NCBI RefSeq assembly: GCF_036323395.1 | Contig: NZ_AP028907.1 | Location: 1,080,001-1,112,000, forward strand | DNA: 32,000 bases | Source: Pyrodictium abyssi | Lineage (GTDB): Archaea; Thermoproteota; Thermoprotei_A; Sulfolobales; Pyrodictiaceae | Direction of reading: 5' to 3' | Part shown: positions 24,501 through 32,000 of the stretch, piece by piece | How positions within the stretch are numbered: position 1 is the first letter of the stretch | How the letters are laid out: each line of letters starts with the position of its first letter | Program-made: the position numbers and the translations under genes | The notes under the pieces: model-generated | Seen by the model: the letters and a program-made list of their open reading frames with translations, nothing else | Told to the model about the DNA's origin: nothing | Database searches by the model: none

Positions 24501-24590
24501 TGCCCGGCGCTGTAAAGGTACAGCCTCTTATGCCCGGGGGGTACAGCACTACCTCCTCTGGGGCCGGTGTGCCGCGGCTGTACCCCCCGG
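24501..24590 (+). promoter_or_regulatory. structured intergenic element: 6-bp hairpin plus perfect 14-bp stem, with shared arms
   Basis: Hairpin A is GCTGTA-AAGG-TACAGC (24509-24524). Hairpin B is CCGGGGGGTACAGC (24534-24547) paired with GCTGTACCCCCCGG (24577-24590), with a 29-nt loop. TGCCCGG is repeated at 24501 and 24531. The element lies between the SDR stop and the RHH gene start. Confidence 0.4.
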
Positions 24591-24605
24591 TGAGATGGTT
24601 GCCCG

Positions 24606-24839
24606 TTGACCCTGCCCGGCGGTGGGCGTAGGAGCATCGACGTAGAGGAGAGCGTCTACCGGGAGATCGCCCGTATAGCGCGCCGCGAGGGCCTAGGCAG
24701 CGCTGGCGAGGCGGTCGAGAGGCTGGTCGAGTTCTACCGCGTCAAGCTGGGCTCCGACCCCGGCCTAGCAGTCGAGCTGGTAGCTAGGCTGCTCTTCAAC
24801 GGCAAGAAGCCCGGCGAGATAATCGAGGTCATACTCTAG
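24606..24839 (+). CDS. ribbon-helix-helix (CopG-like) small protein
   Basis: RRSIDVEESVYREIARIARREGLGSAGEAVERLVEFY fits a strand-helix-helix pattern. The TTG start is uncertain. Confidence 0.5.
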   Translation: MTLPGGGRRSIDVEESVYREIARIARREGLGSAGEAVERLVEFYRVKLGSDPGLAVELVARLLFNGKKPGEIIEVIL

Positions 24840-24981
24840 GGCCGCGGCTCTAAGCCCCCTGGTCTACCTCACCTACGACCTGGAGCAGGTCGAGAGGAGG
24901 CCTGGCGAGTACCGTGTACGCCTCATCCCGGCGGTAAACCCGCTGGCTATACTCGAGTCCTACTGCGCCGAGGGCTGCGAC

Positions 24982-25275
24982 GTGGAGGGGCTCACCAGCG
25001 ACATAGCTTCCGCGAGTGAGCGCGCCGCCAAGCTCATGCGGGATTTCATGAAGAGGAGTATGGCGGTAAAGCTCCTCCTAGACCGTCTAGGCATAAGCAT
25101 AGAGGCCTCGTTCCTCAGGTCGGACCTGGAGCTCATGCGTTTCAGGCTACTAGTCCCCGCAGAGCACATCCGTAACTCTGGCGTCGGGGTTGGCATCGTG
25201 AACACCGCCCAGCGCAGCGGCGAAGAACCCGGAGGGCCTACACGGCGAGCCTCCCGAGCAGAGCAACCAGCTTAG
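24982..25275 (+). CDS. hypothetical protein; the coding-like frame extends upstream to 24823 without any start codon
   Basis: The ORF track gives GTG 24982. The same frame is open from 24823, directly after the RHH stop region, with strongly GC-rich third positions (LVYLTYDLEQVERRPGEYRVRLIPAVNPLAILESYCAEGCD...). The opposite-strand ORF 24960..25205 is a Ser-rich shadow frame. Confidence 0.4.
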   Translation: MEGLTSDIASASERAAKLMRDFMKRSMAVKLLLDRLGISIEASFLRSDLELMRFRLLVPAEHIRNSGVGVGIVNTAQRSGEEPGGPTRRASRAEQPA

Positions 25276-26380
25276 ACGGATTCTCGAGCAGCCTCCCCAG
25301 CCTCCGGTGGTGGGCGCGGAGCGCCCGCCGGACCGGCGAGGGGTAGCGGTCCAGCATCGTGCAGAAGGGCTCGTACACAGGAAGCCCGCAGACGTAGTCA
25401 TCGAAGCCGCTCCAGGACCCATCCCCGCCCAGCCCCTCGCGCCAGTAGAGGTACTCGTGGAGCGTAGGCCGCACCAGCACCGGCTCGCCAACCGCCAGCC
25501 ACTCTAGGCAGCAGCCCCGGCCCGGCCGGTACCAGCGCGCCAGCCAGGGCAGAGCAGCGTCCTTACACGGCGCATAGACGACGCCATAGCGCTGGGCCAG
25601 CGCCTCAAGCGCCCGGTGCACCCGCCCGCGCCAACCCGGCCCCGGGTGGAGGAGCGGCTCCCTACCCGGCTCCTCGGCAAGCTGGTAAGGCTCCCACCCC
25701 GCATCCGGCACCCCCAGGCCGAGGATCCTGTAGACCGCCTCGAGGCCCCTGCGGGTCTCCCGCAGCGGCTCCGCTATGAGCCCCTGGGCGCCCCTCTCGA
25801 GCGCCTCCTCAGCGACGCGGAGCTGCTCCTCCTCGAGCCCCGGCACCAGGGGCTGCACACGGACGACCACGGGCACGCCGTGCTCGGCGAGGGCCTCGAT
25901 GGCGTCGAGCCTCCTGCCCGGCGGCGGCGCCCCGGGCTCAAGGAGCCCCGCTGCGCCCTCGGGGAGCCCGATGGTGACCTGTACCAGGACGAGCCGGTGG
26001 TCTGCCAGCGAGAGCAGGAGCGCGAAGACCTCCGGGTCCCAGGCCGGGTCGCCCCTCGTGTTGAGCACCAGGGGCACCCGGTGGCGGAGCGCGGCGCGGA
26101 GCAGAGCCTTCACAGCGCCAGCCGCCATACCGCCGCGGGGCTGCAGCGGGTCCGAGAGCGTAGCCAGCCGGAACACCGGCCGCGGAAGCCCCTCCAGCCC
26201 CCTCGCTATCTTCTCGAAGACCCTGGGGAGCCAGGGCTTGACCCGGGGCGGCCCCGCGCCGCGGTACCAGCGCGCGTAGCAGTAGGCGCAGCCAAAGCCG
26301 CAGCTCGTGAAGGGCTCAAGCCGGAGCACAGAGTAGCACAGCGACGAGATGTAGCTGCTAGGCTTTATCCCGACCTCCAT
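25238..26380 (-). CDS. radical SAM protein of the SPL / 'DNA repair photolyase' (COG1533) family
   Basis: FTSCGFGCAYCYARWY is the CX3CX2C-YAR hallmark of this family, followed by a TIM-barrel-like alternation. The listed start is ATG 26380 (MEVGIKPSSY...). The 134 upstream codons of ORF 25238..26782 are Ser-rich antisense of atpH. Confidence 0.8.
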   Translation of the reverse strand: MEVGIKPSSYISSLCYSVLRLEPFTSCGFGCAYCYARWYRGAGPPRVKPWLPRVFEKIARGLEGLPRPVFRLATLSDPLQPRGGMAAGAVKALLRAALRHRVPLVLNTRGDPAWDPEVFALLLSLADHRLVLVQVTIGLPEGAAGLLEPGAPPPGRRLDAIEALAEHGVPVVVRVQPLVPGLEEEQLRVAEEALERGAQGLIAEPLRETRRGLEAVYRILGLGVPDAGWEPYQLAEEPGREPLLHPGPGWRGRVHRALEALAQRYGVVYAPCKDAALPWLARWYRPGRGCCLEWLAVGEPVLVRPTLHEYLYWREGLGGDGSWSGFDDYVCGLPVYEPFCTMLDRYPSPVRRALRAHHRRLGRLLENPSKLVALLGRLAV

Positions 26381-26413
26381 CCACTCGACCACGTAGCGGT
26401 ACCCCGTCGCACC

Positions 26414-26443
26414 TCTTATAGAGCGGACACGGCTTTCTATAGA
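26414..26443. promoter_or_regulatory. two TATA-like boxes in the 79-nt divergent spacer between the radical SAM gene and atpH
   Basis: TCTTATAGAG (26414-26423) and TTTCTATAGA (26434-26443). Both are near-palindromic, so the strand assignment is ambiguous. The spacing implies very short leaders. Confidence 0.4.
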
Positions 26444-26459
26444 CTGGGCTGGTTCTCTG

Positions 26460-26792
26460 ATGCAGCAATCAGAGTTCGAGAAAGACGTAGAGGCCATTGC
26501 AGAGCTAGACGGGGCGATAGCGCGTATCCGTGAAGCCCGCAGTGAGCTCGAGAAAAGAGCCATTTCGGAGGCACACCGCATCGGGAGGACGATGTATAGG
26601 AGGATTGTGGAGGAGGCTAGGAGATTCCTAGAGGACTGGGCCCTAGAGGAGGTAAGGAGGCACCAGCAGCAGCTAGAAGAGCGCAGAGCAGCTCTATCCA
26701 GGCACATAGAGGAGATGAAGAGGAGAGCCGAAGCACGGCTCGAGGAAGCCGCGCGCCTGATAGTCCGGGAGACTACGGGCATAGAGGTCTAG
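26460..26792 (+). CDS. atpH: A-type ATP synthase peripheral-stalk subunit H (G-like)
   Basis: 110-aa all-helical, charge-rich protein (EAIAELDGAIARIREARSELEKRAISEAHRIGR...) immediately upstream of atpC. Confidence 0.6.
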   Translation: MQQSEFEKDVEAIAELDGAIARIREARSELEKRAISEAHRIGRTMYRRIVEEARRFLEDWALEEVRRHQQQLEERRAALSRHIEEMKRRAEARLEEAARLIVRETTGIEV

Positions 26793-26796
26793 GAGC

Positions 26797-27828
26797 GTGC
26801 TTAGCCGCAGCGAGACGGACCTCGTTACCACATACTCGGTGTGCGCGCCCAGGGTAGCAGGGGTAAGATCGCGTCTACTAACTGTAGACGAGATAACGTT
26901 CCTAGAAGCATCTACATCGTTCCGGGATCTCCTACGGCGTCTCCAGTCTACACGCTACGGCGAGTACATTAGGAGAGAAGAGCCTAGCAACTGCAGCGAG
27001 CTAGCCTTCGCCCTCCGCACACCACTCGTCATGACCTATAAGAGCTTTAGGAGGATAGTCCCCAGCTACGCGCTCCCCGTCCTCGACAGGTACATGGAGA
27101 GCCACATTGCACGCAATGTAAGGCTATACTTCAAGTACACCTATACAAGCGATGAATCTGCTCTAAGACATATAGACGCGAGGATAGAAGCCATTCAGGG
27201 GCATACCGAGCTGCTAGGCGTATACCTCTCCAGGGGCTCTAGGCGAGACCTAGTAGAGGCTCTACAACGTACCGGGCTCAGCGACTACTCAGCACTTCTT
27301 AGAACACTAGAGCCCCTCTTAGAGAAGCGTAGGGGACCCCTAGCTCTCGTCGACATAGCCGTAGAGGCTCTTAGCCTTTCCAGGCTCCTCTATAGAGCCG
27401 GCAGGCTCCCAGCAGACGAGAGGACGAGGCTAGAGAGCCTCCTAGGAGTAGAGGCGATAAGATTCGTAGTACTGACCATGGCCCGCGCTACTAGGCTCGG
27501 CTTAGACATGGGGCAGGTATCGACACTAATACCGGAACCTGTCGGAGCCATGCTGCTACTGTATTCGGAGAAGCCCCCCGCCCTCTGCCGCAAGCTCCAG
27601 GTGCCCCTAGTCCTCTGCAGGCCAGAGAGCCCTATGGAGCTAGCCAGTAGGCTACACAGCTATGCCTGGAAGGTAGCCTGGAGAACCAGCCTATGGAACC
27701 AATTCAGCCTAGCCGGCGTGCTTGCAGCGCTGAAGCTGCTAGAGCTCGAGGTACAAAAGCTCAACAGTATATGCATAAGGGCTGTCGCGCGCGAGTATGG
27801 CTACAATCTCGCTAGCTCGTTAGGATGA
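26797..27828 (+). CDS. atpC: A-type ATP synthase subunit C (V-ATPase d homologue)
   Basis: 343 aa. The N-terminal Y..C.pRV.g.rsrLL...e...L pattern (TTYSVCAPRVAGVRSRLLTVDEITFLEASTSFRDLLRRLQSTRYGEYI) and size fit subunit C. GTG start. Confidence 0.75.
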   Translation: MLSRSETDLVTTYSVCAPRVAGVRSRLLTVDEITFLEASTSFRDLLRRLQSTRYGEYIRREEPSNCSELAFALRTPLVMTYKSFRRIVPSYALPVLDRYMESHIARNVRLYFKYTYTSDESALRHIDARIEAIQGHTELLGVYLSRGSRRDLVEALQRTGLSDYSALLRTLEPLLEKRRGPLALVDIAVEALSLSRLLYRAGRLPADERTRLESLLGVEAIRFVVLTMARATRLGLDMGQVSTLIPEPVGAMLLLYSEKPPALCRKLQVPLVLCRPESPMELASRLHSYAWKVAWRTSLWNQFSLAGVLAALKLLELEVQKLNSICIRAVAREYGYNLASSLG

Positions 27829-28195
27829 GAAACGCTATAGCTATACCGTATATGGCTAAGGCCTCGGCTAGTGCTGTAAGTATGAGCCCCCATACGCGTA
27901 GCTCAGGCTTCTCGACCATGGCGCTTATCGAGGCAGAGCCTACGAGCGCTATACCTACAGCAGCGCCTAGTACCGAGGTCGAGAATGCTAGCGAAGCTGC
28001 CAGGACGGTAGCCATCTTTACCAGACCCGGCTTGGGGGCCTCTCTGCCCGTCTCTTCAGCCGCTGTAGCGGCAGCTATGAGTGGGCGGGCGGTGAAGAAC
28101 AGTAGTGTAGTCAGGAGAGCTGCTACCAGGACGAGCGCGAAGCCAGCGTAGACGGCGGCTGTGGGGAGGCTAGAGGCGTGCGTACTAGTAGACAC
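27812..28195 (-). CDS. atpK: A-type ATP synthase proteolipid subunit K (c)
   Basis: C-terminal hairpin VLGAAVGIALVGSASISAMVEKPEL...GLILTALAEALAIYGIAIAFLIL, with the conserved carboxylate (E) in the last helix. An additional N-terminal TM extension is present. GTG start. Confidence 0.8.
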   Translation of the reverse strand: MSTSTHASSLPTAAVYAGFALVLVAALLTTLLFFTARPLIAAATAAEETGREAPKPGLVKMATVLAASLAFSTSVLGAAVGIALVGSASISAMVEKPELRVWGLILTALAEALAIYGIAIAFLILTS

Positions 28196-28210
28196 CGCTT
28201 GGCCACCATT

Positions 28211-28372
28211 TCAAGTAGTAATTCTTTCCCTAATATTCCTCACTTTACGAGAAAACTCCTCTACCAGCCTTGACCAGGTTTCCTCAGCTTCACTAGTATA
28301 CTCCTTGATAATACGCTCTACTAGCTTGTGTAGCTCCTCCTGTAGGCGCCTATACCCATTAGGCCCGCTCAT
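28211..28372 (-). CDS. 53-aa helical ORF between atpD and atpK, candidate small A-ATPase subunit (not in the ORF track)
   Basis: ATG 28372 overlaps the atpD stop by 14 nt. Sequence: MSGPNGYRRLQEELHKLVERIIKEYTSEAEETWSRLVEEFSRKVRNIRERITT, followed by a stop. It fills the otherwise empty 163-nt gap and is in the operon orientation. Sulfolobales atp operons have a small subunit at this position. Confidence 0.5.
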   Translation of the reverse strand: MSGPNGYRRLQEELHKLVERIIKEYTSEAEETWSRLVEEFSRKVRNIRERITT

Positions 28373-28976
28373 TGCCCTGAGCCCTAAGCATGTTCTTGAG
28401 CACGAGTTTTATTGTAACCTCGTAGCGCTCGTAATCGTCGAGCATCTCTTCAAGGTACTTTACTCGCTGCATCATCCTGGGTATGTGTATGTGTTCGAGG
28501 ATGTTGAGTATCCTCTGGTAGAAGGCTAGCAGCTCTATGTCACGGAATAGAGTCTGCTCTAAACTAGCTAGCTCCGCCAGGGCGTTATGTAGTCTACAGA
28601 GCCTCTCGACGACATCATCTAGTACCGGCCATGTAGCTGTAAGACTGTAGGAGGGTACGTCGCTAACCCTGCAAACCCCTTCCCCCTTATACCGGGGGAC
28701 ACCATAGCGTATATGCTCCGTCAACACTATGAATGATGAGCCTAGGGGTGCACCGACGACCTCGCCGGGGCTGGACTCTCCGCGCGCCAAGAGATAGAGC
28801 CGGTAAAGGTCTCGGAGCTCATGTTCTATAATGCTACGCTTTTCCTCTAGCTCCCTTATAGAAGTCATTATCTCGCTTAGTAGTGCATCTCTAATCCTTT
28901 TAACTACCTCGTAAGACCTCCTGTAGTACTCCAGCTGCCGGCGAACTGTTAGCAGCTCGGACCGATTAACACCCAT
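28359..28976 (-). CDS. atpD: A-type ATP synthase subunit D (central stalk)
   Basis: N-terminus NRSELLTVRRQLEYYRRSYEVVKRIRDALLSEI and the C-terminal helix match V/A-ATPase subunit D. It lies directly downstream of atpB. Confidence 0.85.
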   Translation of the reverse strand: MGVNRSELLTVRRQLEYYRRSYEVVKRIRDALLSEIMTSIRELEEKRSIIEHELRDLYRLYLLARGESSPGEVVGAPLGSSFIVLTEHIRYGVPRYKGEGVCRVSDVPSYSLTATWPVLDDVVERLCRLHNALAELASLEQTLFRDIELLAFYQRILNILEHIHIPRMMQRVKYLEEMLDDYERYEVTIKLVLKNMLRAQGNERA

Positions 28977-28980
28977 TCCC

Positions 28981-30375
28981 CTAGCCCACCGCCTTCATAT
29001 ACTTCGATACCAGCTCGTCCGGTATACGTGTTAGCTCGCTCTCCGGTAGTATTGATAGTACCTCCCAGGCAATGTCGAGGGTCTCCTCTATGCTGCGGTT
29101 CTCGTAGAAGCCCTGCCTTATGAAGCGCTGCTCGAAGGCCTCGGCGAACCGCAGGTACTTCTTCTCGTCGGGGCCGAGAGCTGCCTCGCCTATTATCATG
29201 GCTAGGCTACGTACCTCTATAGCGCGGCTATAGGCTGCATGGAGCTGGTCAGCTACCGCCTGGTGGTCTTCTCTGGTTTTCCCGGGTCCGATGCCTTCCT
29301 TCATCAGCCTTGAGAGGCTCATTAGCACGTTTATCGGCGGGTAGATGCCGCGGTTGTGTAGCTCACGGCTAAGCACAATCTGGCCCTCAGTAATGTAGCC
29401 AGTCAAGTCCGGAATCGGGTGCGTGATATCATCGTTAGGCATCGTGAGTATAGGCATCTGGGTAATACTGCCCTTCCGCCCACGTATCCTGCCGGCACGC
29501 TCGTAGATACTCGCAAGATCGCTATACATGTAGCCAGGATAGCCTCGCCGACCACCCACCTCACGGCGCATAGCGCTTACCTCTTTTAGAGCCTCGCAGT
29601 AGTTGGTCATGTCGGTCAGTATGACTAGCACGTGCATGCCGTGGTTGAATGCTAAGTGCTCTGCTACTGTTAGTGCTATACGCGGTGTTACTAGCCTCTC
29701 TGCAGCAGGGTCGCTTGCAAGATTAATGAAGAGTACTGCCCGGTCTAGGGCGCCGCTTTTCTCGAACTCTTCACGGAAGTAGAGAGCCTCGTCATGCTTT
29801 ACACCTATAGCCGCGAAGACTATTGCGAAATCCTCTGCCTCTCCGGGCACAGTCGCCTGGCGGGCTATCTGCACGGCGAGCTTGTTGTGGGGTAGGCCAG
29901 CGCCGCTGAAAATCGGCAGCTTCTGGCCACGCACTAGCGTATTCAGCCCATCTATGGCCGATATACCCGTCTGGATGAAGTCGCGTGGGAACTCCCTCAT
30001 GTATGGGTTCAAGGGATAGCCGTTGATGTCCAGCGCGTCCTCTGGGGAGGGCGGAGGAGCGCCGTCGATGGGCTCCCCGATGCCGTTGAATATACGGCCG
30101 AGCATGTCGACTGATACGGGGTAAGTGTAGGCGCTGCCGAGGAACCGTACTGTAGCCGCTCCAGTAGAGAGGCCATGTGTCTCGCCGAATACCTGCACGA
30201 CGGCGAAGTTTCTGCCAACCTCTATTACCCTTCCTAGCCTCCGGTTGCCGCTATCGTCCTCTACTTCTACCAGCTCGTTGTACGCTACACGGTGGACTCT
30301 CTCAACCACCATTAGGGGGCCACGTATCCTCCTAACGCTCCTATACTCACGTATACCGTGGCTACCCTCGTTCAC
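28981..30375 (-). CDS. atpB: A-type ATP synthase subunit B
   Basis: Strong subunit B signatures: [66 protein letters not shown] and [32 protein letters not shown]. Confidence 0.95.
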   Translation of the reverse strand: MNEGSHGIREYRSVRRIRGPLMVVERVHRVAYNELVEVEDDSGNRRLGRVIEVGRNFAVVQVFGETHGLSTGAATVRFLGSAYTYPVSVDMLGRIFNGIGEPIDGAPPPSPEDALDINGYPLNPYMREFPRDFIQTGISAIDGLNTLVRGQKLPIFSGAGLPHNKLAVQIARQATVPGEAEDFAIVFAAIGVKHDEALYFREEFEKSGALDRAVLFINLASDPAAERLVTPRIALTVAEHLAFNHGMHVLVILTDMTNYCEALKEVSAMRREVGGRRGYPGYMYSDLASIYERAGRIRGRKGSITQMPILTMPNDDITHPIPDLTGYITEGQIVLSRELHNRGIYPPINVLMSLSRLMKEGIGPGKTREDHQAVADQLHAAYSRAIEVRSLAMIIGEAALGPDEKKYLRFAEAFEQRFIRQGFYENRSIEETLDIAWEVLSILPESELTRIPDELVSKYMKAVG

Positions 30376-32000
30376 GGTGTCGCCACCTTCAGCCTCTCTA
30401 TCTCCTTTACAACCTCCTCTGCGAGCTCGTCTATCTTGTCGAGCTCGTCATCCCTGACTTCACGCTTAAGCGTCACAATCCTCTTTGTCAGGTAATGCTT
30501 CTTTAGAGTATCAACAGTGAGGCTTGGATTCTCCCTTAGCGCCGCGCGAGCAGCATCGTAGAACTCCAGTATAATGCTGAGAAGCTTCACCTGCTTCTCG
30601 GGCGACGAGAAAGCGTCTACTGGGTGAAAGGCGTTCTGCTGGAGGAACCCTTCCCGGAGCATCCATGCAGCCAGGAGTACGAGCTTATCCTCCTCCGAGA
30701 GCGCTTCTACGCCTATGACCCTGGCTAGCTCCCTTATACTCGCCTCGCGCTGGAGAATCTCGAGCGCCTGGCTCCGGATTTCGCTCCAGCGCGGAGCTAT
30801 GCGCTCCCACCAGTCCTTAACCCTATCCACGTATACCGAGTAGCTCAGCAGCCAGTTTATAGCCGGGTAGTGCCTGGAGTACGCTAGCTGCGTGTCTAGC
30901 GCCCAGAGGCTACCAACATACCTCAGAGTGTGGCTAGTAACGGGCTCCGAGTAGTCACCACCAGGCGGCGACACGGAGCCTATGACCGTGAGGCTCCCCT
31001 CCCTCTGCGGCCTCCCGAGACACTCGACACGGCCAGCACGCTCGTAGAACTCGGCTAGCCTCGAAGAGAGGTATGCAGGATACCCCTCTTCTCCCGGGAT
31101 CTCCTCGAGTCTTGCACTAACCTCACGTAGGGCCTCAGCCCAGCGGCTCGTAGAGTCGGCTGTGAGCAGTACGTGGTACCCCATGTCGCGGTAGTACTCG
31201 GCTATGGTTATACCCGTGTAGATGCTCGCCTCACGCGCCGCTACGGGCATGTTGCTTGTGTTGGCTATGAGGACTGTACGCTCCATCAAGGGTTTCCCGG
31301 TTGCAGGGTCCCTCAGCTTAGGGAATCTCTCGAGAAGCTCGGTCATCTCGTTGCCTCGCTCGCCACAGCCTACATGCACCACTATGTCTACGCGTGACCA
31401 GGAAGCCAGGGTCTGAAGCAAGACTGTCTTACCGGTCCCGAACCCGCCGGGGATAGCAGCTGTACCGCCGAGCGCCACGGGGAAGAAGGTATCAATCACC
31501 CTGACCCCGGTCACAAGGGGGAGCGATGGCTGCTTCTTCGCACGGAAGGGCCTCGGCTTCCTAACAGGCCATCTATGTACAAGCTTTACCTCAAAGCGTC
31601 TACCATTGCCCTCGACTACAGCTACTACGTCGTCTACCCTATAGTCACCCTCTGCCGCAAGCTCCCGCAGCCTACCGCGTACACCTGGCGGGACCATCAC
31701 GTAGTGTCGTACAAGACTAGTTTCCTCTACTACGCCCAGGACGTCTCCCGCCCCGACACCGTCTCCTAGAGCTACATGCTTTGACGGGGTGAAGTGCCAC
31801 CGCCGGTTCCTAGGAAGAGGCTCGACCCTCAGTCCGCGCTTAATCCAGGGCCCCGAGATATGGGCGAGAAGCGGGAGAGGCCTCTGAACGCCATCAAATA
31901 TCGTTGATAGTAGGCCAGGGCCTAGCTCTACACTAAACAATGCGCCAGTAAAGTAGGCGGGGTCGCCTGGCCGGAGCCCACTAGTATCCTCGTAGACCTG
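30372..32000 (-). CDS. atpA: A-type ATP synthase catalytic subunit A (N-terminus beyond the window end)
   Basis: P-loop [11 protein letters not shown] and Walker B region [20 protein letters not shown], plus [15 protein letters not shown]. The frame stays open from 31940 to 32000 ([29 protein letters not shown]), so the TTG at 31940 is internal. No intein-sized insertion. The stop overlaps the atpB GTG as GTGA. Confidence 0.95.
   Translation of the reverse strand, partial: QVYEDTSGLRPGDPAYFTGALFSVELGPGLLSTIFDGVQRPLPLLAHISGPWIKRGLRVEPLPRNRRWHFTPSKHVALGDGVGAGDVLGVVEETSLVRHYVMVPPGVRGRLRELAAEGDYRVDDVVAVVEGNGRRFEVKLVHRWPVRKPRPFRAKKQPSLPLVTGVRVIDTFFPVALGGTAAIPGGFGTGKTVLLQTLASWSRVDIVVHVGCGERGNEMTELLERFPKLRDPATGKPLMERTVLIANTSNMPVAAREASIYTGITIAEYYRDMGYHVLLTADSTSRWAEALREVSARLEEIPGEEGYPAYLSSRLAEFYERAGRVECLGRPQREGSLTVIGSVSPPGGDYSEPVTSHTLRYVGSLWALDTQLAYSRHYPAINWLLSYSVYVDRVKDWWERIAPRWSEIRSQALEILQREASIRELARVIGVEALSEEDKLVLLAAWMLREGFLQQNAFHPVDAFSSPEKQVKLLSIILEFYDAARAALRENPSLTVDTLKKHYLTKRIVTLKREVRDDELDKIDELAEEVVKEIERLKVATP

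Noticed and set aside
25616-26533. 305-aa plus-strand ORF (and 25776..26279) antisense to the SPL-type radical SAM gene
   Set aside because: Arg/Pro/Glu low-complexity sequence with no motifs. The opposite strand has the CX3CX2C-YAR hallmark.
26381-26782. N-terminal 134 codons of the 514-aa ORF 25238..26782
   Set aside because: Ser/Leu/Cys-rich antisense of atpH. The radical SAM family N-terminus starts at ATG 26380.
30372-32000. Possible intein in the ATPase A subunit
   Set aside because: The A-subunit translation is continuous through the P-loop region, with no insertion of extra length.
1-32000. tRNA, rRNA, CRISPR arrays, transposases or integrases, and long direct or inverted repeats flanking the AT-rich island
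   Set aside because: Scanning by eye found no T-loop/acceptor pattern, no regularly spaced repeats and no recombinase-like ORF. Only trivial matches of 7 nt or less occur at the island borders. A computational scan (tRNAscan-SE, Infernal, repeat finders) could still reveal short att sites.

Overview
This 32-kb window looks like a high-GC chromosomal segment of a hyperthermophilic crenarchaeon. The evidence is gene content (CdvA/CdvB/CdvC division machinery, A-type ATPase, LipS-type lipoyl synthase) and heavy AGG/ATA/CTA codon use in a GC-rich background. The combination is Desulfurococcales/Aeropyrum-like, but this cannot be confirmed without a database search.

Gene order:
- Left end: a partial ORF and a Cys/His-rich hypothetical, followed by cdvA-cdvB.
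- Housekeeping and accessory block (3.3-9.7 kb): aldo-keto reductase, SdpI-like and MarC membrane proteins, a GNAT, a frame-split CPBP protease, an ABM-fold protein and a HEPN-MNT toxin-antitoxin pair.
- Decay zone (9.8-14.5 kb): a radical SAM/SPASM-like gene with two frameshifts and a Cys-to-Tyr change in its cluster motif. It also holds an AT-rich island carrying an ABC/AAA_15-21-type ATPase broken by at least five frameshifts plus a small partner ORF, an ORF with an in-frame TAG, and a small Zn-ribbon gene.
- 15-17 kb: a wHTH regulator, a CDP-alcohol phosphatidyltransferase and cdvC (Vps4).
- Lipoylation locus (17.3-21.1 kb): lplA, two adjacent LipS-type radical SAM genes, and a third PflA-like radical SAM-fold gene with SX3CX2C.
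- 21-26 kb: a coiled-coil protein, a second GNAT, a membrane protein with an acidic tail, an SDR, an RHH protein and an SPL-type radical SAM protein.
- Right end: A-type ATPase genes in two convergent units, atpH-atpC on the plus strand and atpA-atpB-atpD-small ORF-atpK on the minus strand.

I found no tRNA, rRNA, CRISPR array, transposase or integrase.

The most unusual points are:
- Frame disruptions cluster in accessory genes, mostly at homopolymer runs, while core genes are intact.
- The relic ATPase island looks like a decayed defence-type module.
- The lplA operon contains a non-canonical radical SAM-fold gene.
- A structured intergenic element lies at 24.50-24.59 kb.

All family calls rest on motif recognition by eye; nothing was searched or computed.
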